Shown here: positions 18,109 to 26,004 of the stretch, piece after piece
Layout of the letters: every line of letters starts with the position of its first letter
Numbering within the stretch: position 1 is the first letter of the stretch
Assembly (NCBI RefSeq): GCF_051307035.1
Contig: NZ_CP195536.1
Coordinates: 1,440,001-1,472,000 of the forward strand
Direction: 5' to 3'
Origin: Psychrobacter sp. DM4
GTDB taxonomy: Bacteria; Pseudomonadota; Gammaproteobacteria; Pseudomonadales; Moraxellaceae
Length of the DNA stretch: 32,000 nt
Position numbers and translations under genes: made by a program
The notes under the pieces: model-generated
The model's input: only the letters and a program-made list of their open reading frames with translations
What the model was told of the DNA's origin: nothing
The model's database searches: none

Positions 18109-20403
18109 ATGACCAAAGAAACAACTCAATCTGCAAAACAAAATCAAAGCCAAGAGCAAGCCACGACGACAGATAAAGGTAATGGGCAGCAGCAAACACA
18201 AAGCCAATCCCAAAAAAAGCCCCATCCAAAACAGCAAAGCTTTGATGAATTATTAAGTAGTAAGGGCAAATATCGTCCCGTTGCAAAGTCCGTTGGCGAC
18301 TGGTTAGACAATACCAGCATGGATGCTATTAACCATCTCAATGAGCAAGCCGAAAATATCTTTTATCGTAAAGGCGTCACTTTTACGGTCTACAGCGATG
18401 CTGAAAATATTGAACGTATGATACCTTTTGATATCATTCCGCGCATTATTTCAGGTAGCGAATGGCAAACGATAGAAAAAGGCTGTAAGCAGCGTATCAC
18501 CGCATTGAATGCCTTTTTACATGACATTTATCATGATCAAGCCATTATGAAAGCGGATGTAGTCCCTGCCAGCTACGTCTATGCTAGTGGTTGTTATGAG
18601 CCATGGATGATGGGGATTGAGCTGGATAAGCCGATTTACTCCCATATCAGTGGTATCGATCTGATCCGTGATGAGTCTGGTAAATTTTGTGTGTTAGAGG
18701 ATAATCTACGCACGCCATCAGGGGTGTCCTACATGCTTGAGAGCCGTAACATATCAGAGATGCTATTATCCGATATGTTTGCTCATACGCCGATTTTGGG
18801 TATCAGTGATTATCCAAACCGTCTCAAAAAATGCCTTGCCAGCTCAACGAGCAAATACGATCCACAAATCGTCATCTTGACTCCAGGGCGCTTTAATAGT
18901 GCTTATTATGAGCATGCGTTTTTGGCACATGAGATGAGTGTGCCCTTAGTACACGGCTATGATTTGGTGGTTGAGGACAGCAAAGTCTATATGCAAGGGA
19001 TTCGCGGCAAAGTTCAAGTCGATATCATTTATCGCCGTATCGATGATCCTTTTATTGATCCATTAGCGTTTGAGTCCAATTCTATCTTAGGGGTTTCAGG
19101 GCTGATGAGTGCTTATCGCGCGGGTAATGTCGTCATTGTCAACGCTCCGGGTACTGGCGTGGCTGATGACAAGAGTCTTTATCCTTTCGTACCCGACATG
19201 ATTAAGTTCTACTTAGATGAAGAGCCTATTCTGCCAAATATCGAGACTTATCAGTGCCGTAAGCCTGATGAGCTCAAATACGTCCTGGATAATCTAGACA
19301 AATTGGTCGTAAAAGAAACTCAAGGCTCAGGCGGTTATGGGATGCTCATTGGTCCGACATCCAGCAAAAAAGAGATTGAGGACTATCGCAAGCGCTTACT
19401 TGATAATCCAGCCGGATTTATTGCTCAGCCTACTATTTCACTCTCTACCAATCCTACTGCGGTAGCCGATGGTATCGCGCCCCGTCATATTGATTTGCGC
19501 CCCTTTATCTTAAGTCATGGTGATGGTTCAGTCGATATTGTACCGGGTGGTTTGACCCGCGTGGCGATGGTTGAGGGCTCACTCGTTGTCAACTCCTCTC
19601 AAGGCGGCGGTATCAAAGACACTTGGGTCATTGACGATAGTGATCTAGACAATCCTGATGCTGATAAATGCAATCCTGTCTCACTCGATACGGCAGCTGC
19701 CAGTCACGCCGAATATTACGATCGCGTACAGCCTACAGAAGCCGGCTATGAACAGCTAGATGATGCGCCAATGATCCTGCTGTTATCGACTGCCAGCCAT
19801 CTGATTTGGTTGGGTCGATACAGTGAGCGGCTTTATTATTACGATAGTCTGATGAAGCAGCTGATCAAAGGCGATTTCAAAAAATCACAGGTACAGCATC
19901 TGATCACTCATTTGGGCTTTGAGGCCGACGCTGATGAGTCTTTTAAGGCCATGAAAGCGCAAATGATGACGGACTTAGAACAAACCATCATTCCTAGTGT
20001 GGTGCACTCGATTGAGACCAATGTTCAAGAAGCCAAAGGCGTCATCGGTAAAGACACCGCTGAGCTGTACAACTTGATTAAACGGCTTTCAAGCGCTGGG
20101 ACTTATCGAGCAGCGACCTTGCAGTTGCATGCTTGTAACGCTGCTATGAAACAAGAGCATCCCACCGTGACTTGTTTTTGGCAATTAGGCCGACACTTTG
20201 AGCAGCTTGAGCGCGCGGTATTATTAAATGAGGACTCACTAGCCGCCAGTTTAGAATTTAAGCATTGGATCAACGAGCTACCAGAGAATACGCGCTGGCG
20301 TGAGCTGACTCGCCTGACCAATCAGATGATTAGATCTAAGCAAATTAGTGACTTTGATTTGATCAGCCAAGAGTTCAATATCATACTGCGCCAAGGGGTT
20401 TAA
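18109..20403 (+). CDS. Fusion protein: circularly permuted ATP-grasp (type 2) domain plus alpha-E domain
   Basis: Preferred start is ATG 18109, with GAGG 5 nt upstream. Residues about 60-510 match the permuted ATP-grasp pattern (GVTFTVYSD..ERMIPFDIIPRII..VLEDNLRTPSGVSYMLE..LTPGRFNSAYYEHAFLAHEM..IIYRRIDDPFIDPL..NAPGTGVADDKSLYPFVP..LVVKETQGSGGYGML..RHIDLRPF..PGGLTRVA..LVVNSSQGGGIKDTWV). After an acidic linker, 19771-20400 carries the alpha-E hallmark twice (HLIWLGRYSERL and FWQLGRHFEQLERA). Confidence 0.85.
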   Translation: MTKETTQSAKQNQSQEQATTTDKGNGQQQTQSQSQKKPHPKQQSFDELLSSKGKYRPVAKSVGDWLDNTSMDAINHLNEQAENIFYRKGVTFTVYSDAENIERMIPFDIIPRIISGSEWQTIEKGCKQRITALNAFLHDIYHDQAIMKADVVPASYVYASGCYEPWMMGIELDKPIYSHISGIDLIRDESGKFCVLEDNLRTPSGVSYMLESRNISEMLLSDMFAHTPILGISDYPNRLKKCLASSTSKYDPQIVILTPGRFNSAYYEHAFLAHEMSVPLVHGYDLVVEDSKVYMQGIRGKVQVDIIYRRIDDPFIDPLAFESNSILGVSGLMSAYRAGNVVIVNAPGTGVADDKSLYPFVPDMIKFYLDEEPILPNIETYQCRKPDELKYVLDNLDKLVVKETQGSGGYGMLIGPTSSKKEIEDYRKRLLDNPAGFIAQPTISLSTNPTAVADGIAPRHIDLRPFILSHGDGSVDIVPGGLTRVAMVEGSLVVNSSQGGGIKDTWVIDDSDLDNPDADKCNPVSLDTAAASHAEYYDRVQPTEAGYEQLDDAPMILLLSTASHLIWLGRYSERLYYYDSLMKQLIKGDFKKSQVQHLITHLGFEADADESFKAMKAQMMTDLEQTIIPSVVHSIETNVQEAKGVIGKDTAELYNLIKRLSSAGTYRAATLQLHACNAAMKQEHPTVTCFWQLGRHFEQLERAVLLNEDSLAASLEFKHWINELPENTRWRELTRLTNQMIRSKQISDFDLISQEFNIILRQGV

Positions 20404-20473
20404 TTAGGCATTAACTAAACGCCAAACCATTAAACGTGAGACTAAAGAATAGAGATAACAACAGGATGCTATT

Positions 20474-21259
20474 ATGAAACTTCAAATCAGCCATCAAACC
20501 AATTATTACTATGATGAGCTTGCACAGCGTAGTGTACAGTATATTCGCATGACGCCTATGCAGCTACCGCATCAGGTCATTCATAAGTGGGATGTGATGC
20601 TACCTAAAGTTGCGACCAACCAAAAGGACGGCTTCGGTAACGACTGGCTTACTCTGAGTCGCAATGAGGCGCATAATAATTTGCAGATGCAAGCTTCAGG
20701 TATTGTTGAGATTAATACTGAGACACAGCGCCTTGAGGACATGGATCATGTCCCCTACTTGCTATTTACGGTACAGACGCCACTGACTAAATGCTCGAAT
20801 GAGATGCGCGCATTTGCAGCACCTTTTTTGAAAAAGCCTACGCTCGATAGTCTAAAGACGATGGCCAATGAGCTGATCATGAAAATGCCTTTTGTAAAAA
20901 ACGTCACTCATGTCGGAACGACAGCTGCTGAGTCTTTTGCCACTAGCGCTGGTGTGTGTCAAGATCATACGCATGTGTTTATCAGTATGCTGCGTGATCA
21001 GCAAATACCTGCCCGCTATGTATCAGGCTATCTTTATGATGACACCGAAAATCATATGGCAAGCCACGCTTGGGCGGAGGCTTATATGGATGGATATTGG
21101 TACACTTTTGATATCTCAAATCAAGCCTTTCAACCAAATTCACACGTCTATGTCGCTATTGGTCGCGACTATTTAGATACGGCTCCTGTACGAGGTGTAA
21201 GAATGGGCGGCGGCTATGAAAATCTTTACAGTCAAGTACTAGTTACTCGGTTATCATAG
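20474..21259 (+). CDS. Transglutaminase-like cysteine protease-fold protein
   Basis: 261 aa. The N-terminal MKLQISHQTNYYYD is typical of the bacterial transglutaminase N-domain. Catalytic-triad context is GVCQDH (Cys codon 20957-20959), SHAWAEAY and FDISN. AGGA SD 8 nt upstream. Confidence 0.85.
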   Translation: MKLQISHQTNYYYDELAQRSVQYIRMTPMQLPHQVIHKWDVMLPKVATNQKDGFGNDWLTLSRNEAHNNLQMQASGIVEINTETQRLEDMDHVPYLLFTVQTPLTKCSNEMRAFAAPFLKKPTLDSLKTMANELIMKMPFVKNVTHVGTTAAESFATSAGVCQDHTHVFISMLRDQQIPARYVSGYLYDDTENHMASHAWAEAYMDGYWYTFDISNQAFQPNSHVYVAIGRDYLDTAPVRGVRMGGGYENLYSQVLVTRLS

Positions 21260-21286
21260 CGCACTTTTATTTATTGAGAAACGACA

Positions 21287-22027
21287 ATGACTTATTGCGC
21301 TGCTATTCGTCTTAAAGATGGTATGGTTTTTGCGAGTGATACCCGTACTAACGCGGGCATCGATCATATTTCAACCTTCAGAAAAATCTATCAGTATGGT
21401 ATTGAAGGTGAGCGTTTTATAGTTTTGCAAACTGCTGGTAGTTTAGCAACCTCACAAGCCGTTTTTACTAAATTACAAAGCGATATTGACCAAAAACTTG
21501 AAAGCAACCTTAATACTGTAGAGACATTATTTGACGCCGCGCAAATGGTTGGCGAATGTATGCGTAGCGTGATGAATCATGCCAAAGAAGTGGCTAATGC
21601 GGCTAAGGACGGCGGATTTACGAGCTCTTTTATGTTGGGTGGTCAGATAAAAGGGCAAAAACCTGAGCTTTATAAGATTTATCCCGAGGGTAACTGTATT
21701 CGAGCTACAGAGGATACGCCTTTTTTCCAGTTAGGCGAGAGTAAATATGGTAAGCCTATTCTCGATAGAGCAGTCACTTATGATACCGACGTCAATCACG
21801 CAGCCCGTGCTTTAATGTTGTCGTTTGATTCGACGATTCATTCAAACTTGTCTGTCGGTATGCCGATAGATTTTGTGCTATATAGAAATGATAGCTATAC
21901 CCTACCAAAAGGTCGCCGTGTTGATGAGCGCGACGAGTATTTCAACACCATTCGTCATCAGTGGTCAGATGTGCTGCGTAATACTTTAGTCGAGCTGCCC
22001 GCCTGTCCTGATAATTATTGGGATTAA
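21287..22027 (+). CDS. Anbu-type proteasome beta-subunit homologue (peptidase T1 family)
   Basis: 246 aa beginning MTYCAAIRLKDGMVFASDTRTNAGIDHISTFRKI. Thr2 directly after the initiator Met and the SDxRTNAG block are the Anbu signature as I recall it. It lies 27 nt after the transglutaminase-like gene. Confidence 0.85.
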   Translation: MTYCAAIRLKDGMVFASDTRTNAGIDHISTFRKIYQYGIEGERFIVLQTAGSLATSQAVFTKLQSDIDQKLESNLNTVETLFDAAQMVGECMRSVMNHAKEVANAAKDGGFTSSFMLGGQIKGQKPELYKIYPEGNCIRATEDTPFFQLGESKYGKPILDRAVTYDTDVNHAARALMLSFDSTIHSNLSVGMPIDFVLYRNDSYTLPKGRRVDERDEYFNTIRHQWSDVLRNTLVELPACPDNYWD

Positions 22028-22371
22028 AGGATGATAATATGACCACTGGTACTTAGAGGGCGTGCCATTTTCCCAAAATTTTGAGCCATCTTTATACTTT
22101 TAACTCTCTGTTGTCTTCGATACTCACTAGGCGAGATCTCATATACTCGCCTAAAGGCTTGGCTAAAAGTTGAGTTCGACGAGTAGCCGACCATCTCACC
22201 AATCTGAGCGATACTACTATGCTGCAGGCGCAAGTGGCGCGCGCCAAGACGTAGCCGGTAGTCGGTCAAATAAGTCAGTGGAGGTATACCAACGACGTCT
22301 TTGAAACGCTGAGTAAAACCTGAACGTGACATTCCAGCCGCTTTAGTTAAGCGCGCTAAACCAGAGGTGTT
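22024..22371 (-). pseudogene. AraC/XylS-family regulator remnant (C-terminal HTH half only)
   Basis: The track ORF gives MSRSGFTQRFKDVVGIPPLTYLTDYRLRLGARHLRLQHSSIAQIGEMVGYSSNSTFSQAFRRVYEISPSEYRR, which is the two HTH units of AraC. Extending upstream adds only NTSGLARLTKAAG before a stop at 22372-22374. No sensor or dimerisation domain remains. Confidence 0.6.
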
Positions 22372-22373
22372 CT

Positions 22374-22484
22374 ATGAATACCGGACAGTTTGTAAAATGG
22401 ATTATTGTTACTTGGGTAATAATGATTGTCTTGGCAGTTTTTATTGGCTCATGTGAATTGTGGATAAGAGGGTTTTGTAGTTAA
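22374..22484 (+). CDS. Candidate 36-aa hydrophobic small protein (below the ORF-track size cutoff)
   Basis: ATG 22374 is preceded by GAGG (22364-22367) with a 6-nt spacing. Translation is MNTGQFVKWIIVTWVIMIVLAVFIGSCELWIRGFCS, with a stop at 22482-22484. It has one predicted TM helix. No homology could be assessed. Confidence 0.3.
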   Translation: MNTGQFVKWIIVTWVIMIVLAVFIGSCELWIRGFCS

Positions 22485-22534
22485 ATAATTTTGAATTAAA
22501 GGTAATATTAGAAGTGACTTCGACTAGTCAACGT

Positions 22535-22596
22535 AGGGTGCGTCTCGCGCACCGCTTATACTAGCTCTCTTTTCTGGTGCGCAGGGCGTACTCTAC
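22535..22596. repeat. Inverted pair of REP-like 21-bp units (BIME-like)
   Basis: GTAGGGTGCGTCTCGCGCACC (22535-22555) and GGTGCGCAGGGCGTACTCTAC (22576-22596). The reverse complement of the second matches the first at 16 of 21 positions. Each unit contains its own GGTGCG/CGCACC stem. It lies just downstream of the EamA-like gene stop. Confidence 0.5.
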
Positions 22597-22637
22597 AAAA
22601 GCAATTTCTTACTATTCATGAATCTCCTTGATGCTTC

Positions 22638-23579
22638 TCAAAAGTTAACCTTAATACTCTTTCTACTAAATCCTAGTTGCACATTCGCCAGTATCAGTCC
22701 CGATAAGATAAGCACCATCGCTAGCATCTTCCACCATGTCACCACCTCCCCAGTCAGTAGCACTGAGGCAATCATTCCAAAGATAGGAACGAGCAAAGCA
22801 AAAGGCATAACTTTGGAGGCTGTATTTTGACTGAGTAGATGCGCCCATAGTCCAAAACCGATCAGGGTTGAGATATAGACGATAAACCCAAGCGACAGCC
22901 AAGACTTGAGTGAGGCTCCAGTAAACGTTGCGAGCTGCCAGGCATCTCGCTCAAATATTAAAGAAGATAGGATCAAAATAACGCAAGCGATTAGACCGCC
23001 CCATACCACTAATGATAGCGCAGACAATTTTGATGCTTTGTTCTGGCTAGTAGCAGGCAAGATAGTAGACACACTAGTACTCTGCTGCGTAGAAGCCTGC
23101 TTTGATGCGATATTGCCAAAGCTCCAACCAATCGCAGCAATCAAGATACAAATAAATCCAATCAAAGGCATATCACCGCCGAGGTTTAACGCAATCACAC
23201 TCAGTCCTAGCACGCCGACTAGCATACCGGCGATTTGCATGCGACTCACTGATTCGCCCAAGATGACATAGGCCAGCAATACCGTGATAAAAATCTGCAT
23301 TTGTAACAACAGTGCCGTCAACCCTGCAGATGCACCCAAATGCATAGCGGTGAATACAAAAGCGTACTGCATAACAAAGGTACCGATTGCATAGATAAAT
23401 AACGTACGGTTAAACTTGGGCGGCTTCAGAAATAGCACTAACGGCACAGCGGTAAAGAAAAAGCGCATGGCGGTCAGCATTAATGGCGGGAAGCTCTCAA
23501 GGCTCCAGGCGATAAACGTGAAGTTCACACCCCAAATAAAGGCAACCAATACAGCTAATGCAATATGGATTGGGGTCAT
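22638..23579 (-). CDS. EamA/DMT-superfamily transporter (EamA/YdeD-like exporter)
   Basis: 313 aa with about 10 TM segments. The N-terminal ..LAVLVAFIWGVNFTFIAWSLESFPPLMLTAMRFFF.. parallels the E. coli EamA N-terminus as I recall it. It carries an S/T/Q-rich insert (KQASTQQSTSVSTILPATSQNKASK) between the two EamA repeats. Confidence 0.8.
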   Translation of the reverse strand: MTPIHIALAVLVAFIWGVNFTFIAWSLESFPPLMLTAMRFFFTAVPLVLFLKPPKFNRTLFIYAIGTFVMQYAFVFTAMHLGASAGLTALLLQMQIFITVLLAYVILGESVSRMQIAGMLVGVLGLSVIALNLGGDMPLIGFICILIAAIGWSFGNIASKQASTQQSTSVSTILPATSQNKASKLSALSLVVWGGLIACVILILSSLIFERDAWQLATFTGASLKSWLSLGFIVYISTLIGFGLWAHLLSQNTASKVMPFALLVPIFGMIASVLLTGEVVTWWKMLAMVLILSGLILANVQLGFSRKSIKVNF

Positions 23580-23728
23580 AGAATTGTCCTAGATATTGGT
23601 TTTAATTATTAGCATTAGGCTTTAATTCCGATTTTTATGAGCCTGTGGTGATAGCCAAAGCGCTATCATGCAATACAGTATCATGAGAATGATTATGACA
23701 TAAATCATTCTTATCAGAACCTAGATAC

Positions 23729-23762
23729 AAAAAAGCCAGATAGTTCACTATCTGGCTTTTTC
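23729..23762 (-). terminator. Rho-independent terminator of the helicase gene (usable in both directions)
   Basis: AAAAAAGCCAGATAG-ttca-CTATCTGGCTTTTT. Perfect 10-bp stem and 4-nt loop, flanked by an A-run and a T-run. Confidence 0.7.
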
Positions 23763-23795
23763 TTATACTATTTTGAGTAATCGAATGAATCGTTT

Positions 23796-23819
23796 CATTA
23801 GATCATTAGATCATTAGGT
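23796..23819. repeat. 8-bp tandem repeat x3 (CATTAGAT CATTAGAT CATTAGGT)
   Basis: Read directly from the sequence, immediately 3' of the helicase stop codon. Confidence 0.85.
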
Positions 23820-23827
23820 ATCAACTA

Positions 23828-25504
23828 TTACGAGTTACCACCGCGATTGCCACTGTTTGAGCGGCCTTGACCGCCCGAGCGGTTTGCTGGACGACCTTGG
23901 CTACCACTTGGACGACCACGGCCTGTTGCAGCACGGTCACCGCGCGGTACGCCAGTACCATCACTACGGCTTGGACCACCCGTACGCTTGCCTTGATACG
24001 GCTTGCCACCAGAGCGCTCATTTGGCTTACCAGATGAGTCGCGCGGCTTGCCTTGATAACCACTGTCGTTGCTGGCTCGCTGAGAAGTACCATTGCTGCT
24101 ATCACTTGAGCGACCACGGCTCTGCGCGCCGCTACTTGACTTGCCTGCGTAACCACCGCCATTACCTGAACGGCCACGGCCACTACCGCCGCCGTTTGAG
24201 CGACCACGACCACGTCCGCGACCTTTGGGTTTATTTTCACTTGGTACGTAAGTTTTCTTAGGCTCCATGCCCGCTATGACGCAGACTTCCATCTTACGAT
24301 CGAGGTAGCGGTTGATGGCGTTAAGCTGCGGACGGTCATCCATGCTACATAGGCTAATAGCGACACCCGTACGACCAGCACGGCCACAGCGGCCAATACG
24401 GTGAACGTAATCTTCGGTCTGACGCGGCAGATCATAGTTGATGACGTGTGATAGAGCTGGCACATCAAGACCACGAGCGGCGACATCGGTTGCTACTAGG
24501 ATTTTGCATTTGCCGTTACGCAGGTCTTGTACGATGCGGTTACGCTTGCTTTGTGGCAAATCGCCGTGCAAGAAGCTGGCTTTATGACCTTGCTCTTGTA
24601 GTGATTTAGCCAGTTTTTCAGTGCTGCGCTTGGTGGCGGCAAATATGATGATTTGCTCCATTTCAGGCTGGCAGACGAGTGTGTCTAGGATCTTGTTTTT
24701 GTGATTAAAGTCATCACAGTAATAGACAGTCTCATCGATGTGAGCCGATTCAACTTTGATAGAGACGCGCTCAGGATTGTTGGTAAAGCTGGCAGCGATT
24801 TTGCCGACAGGACCATCCCAAGTCGCTGAACACATAATGGTTTGACGATCGGTTGGCGCTGCACGTAGGATGTCACTGATGTCATCAGCAAAACCCATAT
24901 CCAGCATACGATCTGCTTCATCAAGTACTAGAACCTCTAGGCTAGACAAATCAACTCGGCCTGCATTGATATGGTCAAGCAAGCGACCTGGCGTTGCGAC
25001 GATAACTTGTACGCCTTTTTTGAGCGCTGTGATCTGACCATTGTATGGGGCGCCGCCAACTAAAGGCACACAAAATACGCCACGCATGTCTTTTGAATAC
25101 GTACGTACGCTGTCATGGACTTGCTGAGCAAGTTCACGAGTTGGCGTTAAGATAAGCGCTTTAGTCAATTTATCAAAGCTAGTTGAGCGGCTCAAACGAT
25201 CAAGTACAGGAATTACGAATGCGGCTGTCTTACCACTACCTGTTTGCGCAGATAATAAAAGGTCGCGACCTGCTAGAGCAAAGGGAATGGCCTGTGCTTG
25301 AATAGGTGTAGGATTGGTGTAGCCACTGCGATCAAGCGCAGATAAAATAGGTTTGGCAATGTTAAGGTCAGCGAAGGTGACTTGGTTTTCGTCAGTAGTA
25401 TCACTGGCAGTAGCGTCTGTAGTAGGCGCTTGAGTAGCAGATGAGGTGTCAGTGCTTTCGATGATGCCGTTTTGGGCGGCGATTGTAGATAAGATATCAG
25501 TCAT
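23828..25504 (-). CDS. rhlE: DEAD-box ATP-dependent RNA helicase with a long C-terminal Arg/Gly/Ser-rich tail (RhlE-like)
   Basis: Q-motif region (FADLNIAKPILSALDRSGYTNPTPIQ), motif I AQTGSGKT, motif Ia PTRELA, motif II DEAD, motif III SAT and motif VI HRIGRCGRAG. I prefer the ATG at 25504 (AAGG upstream). The last 134 codons (23831-24232) are RG/RGG/SG-rich. Confidence 0.88.
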   Translation of the reverse strand: MTDILSTIAAQNGIIESTDTSSATQAPTTDATASDTTDENQVTFADLNIAKPILSALDRSGYTNPTPIQAQAIPFALAGRDLLLSAQTGSGKTAAFVIPVLDRLSRSTSFDKLTKALILTPTRELAQQVHDSVRTYSKDMRGVFCVPLVGGAPYNGQITALKKGVQVIVATPGRLLDHINAGRVDLSSLEVLVLDEADRMLDMGFADDISDILRAAPTDRQTIMCSATWDGPVGKIAASFTNNPERVSIKVESAHIDETVYYCDDFNHKNKILDTLVCQPEMEQIIIFAATKRSTEKLAKSLQEQGHKASFLHGDLPQSKRNRIVQDLRNGKCKILVATDVAARGLDVPALSHVINYDLPRQTEDYVHRIGRCGRAGRTGVAISLCSMDDRPQLNAINRYLDRKMEVCVIAGMEPKKTYVPSENKPKGRGRGRGRSNGGGSGRGRSGNGGGYAGKSSSGAQSRGRSSDSSNGTSQRASNDSGYQGKPRDSSGKPNERSGGKPYQGKRTGGPSRSDGTGVPRGDRAATGRGRPSGSQGRPANRSGGQGRSNSGNRGGNS

Positions 25505-26004
25505 GAGTTGCCTTGGTAGTATGGGCTGCTGAACATTCAGCATGCCAGTTGCCTACCACTGATAACCGCGCATCACACAACTTAGATCATCTATTGATGA
25601 TATTTGCTACTAAAAGCAGTCTAAAAAAGTTGTCTGTTGTCTGACGTATTTTGGTGGTAGCGCCGAGTGTCTTATCCTTGATTGTTATAAACGTTTTATC
25701 AAAGCTTTAATCCAAAGCCGATAAAATCAAATAACACCCAATTTGGCACATAGGCCAGTAGATAAGATATGAGTCAAAAATAATAGGATTATTTCAGAAC
25801 ACAAAATCATCGGCAACAATTACTCATGGTCATCCTAGACCCAAAATCGCAGGCGATGTTATCAATCTCATAATTCACACAATATTGAATTGCGTGGCGA
25901 CATAGTATAGCACAGTAAAAGAGGTCTTCCTGTCTTTTTTAGAGCAATATTAAAGATTATCGATGACTATTATAAATGGGCGCTCAACACCGCTATTAGG
26001 CAAG

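Noticed and set aside
23821-24261. Long ORFs 23821-24240(-) and 23857-24261(+) with repetitive A/V/Q or H/R/L-rich translations
   Set aside because: They overlap the helicase RG-rich tail in alternative frames. The repetitive GC-rich codons (CGN/GGN) simply lack stops in other frames. Helicase frame continuity from the conserved core supports the RG-tail frame.
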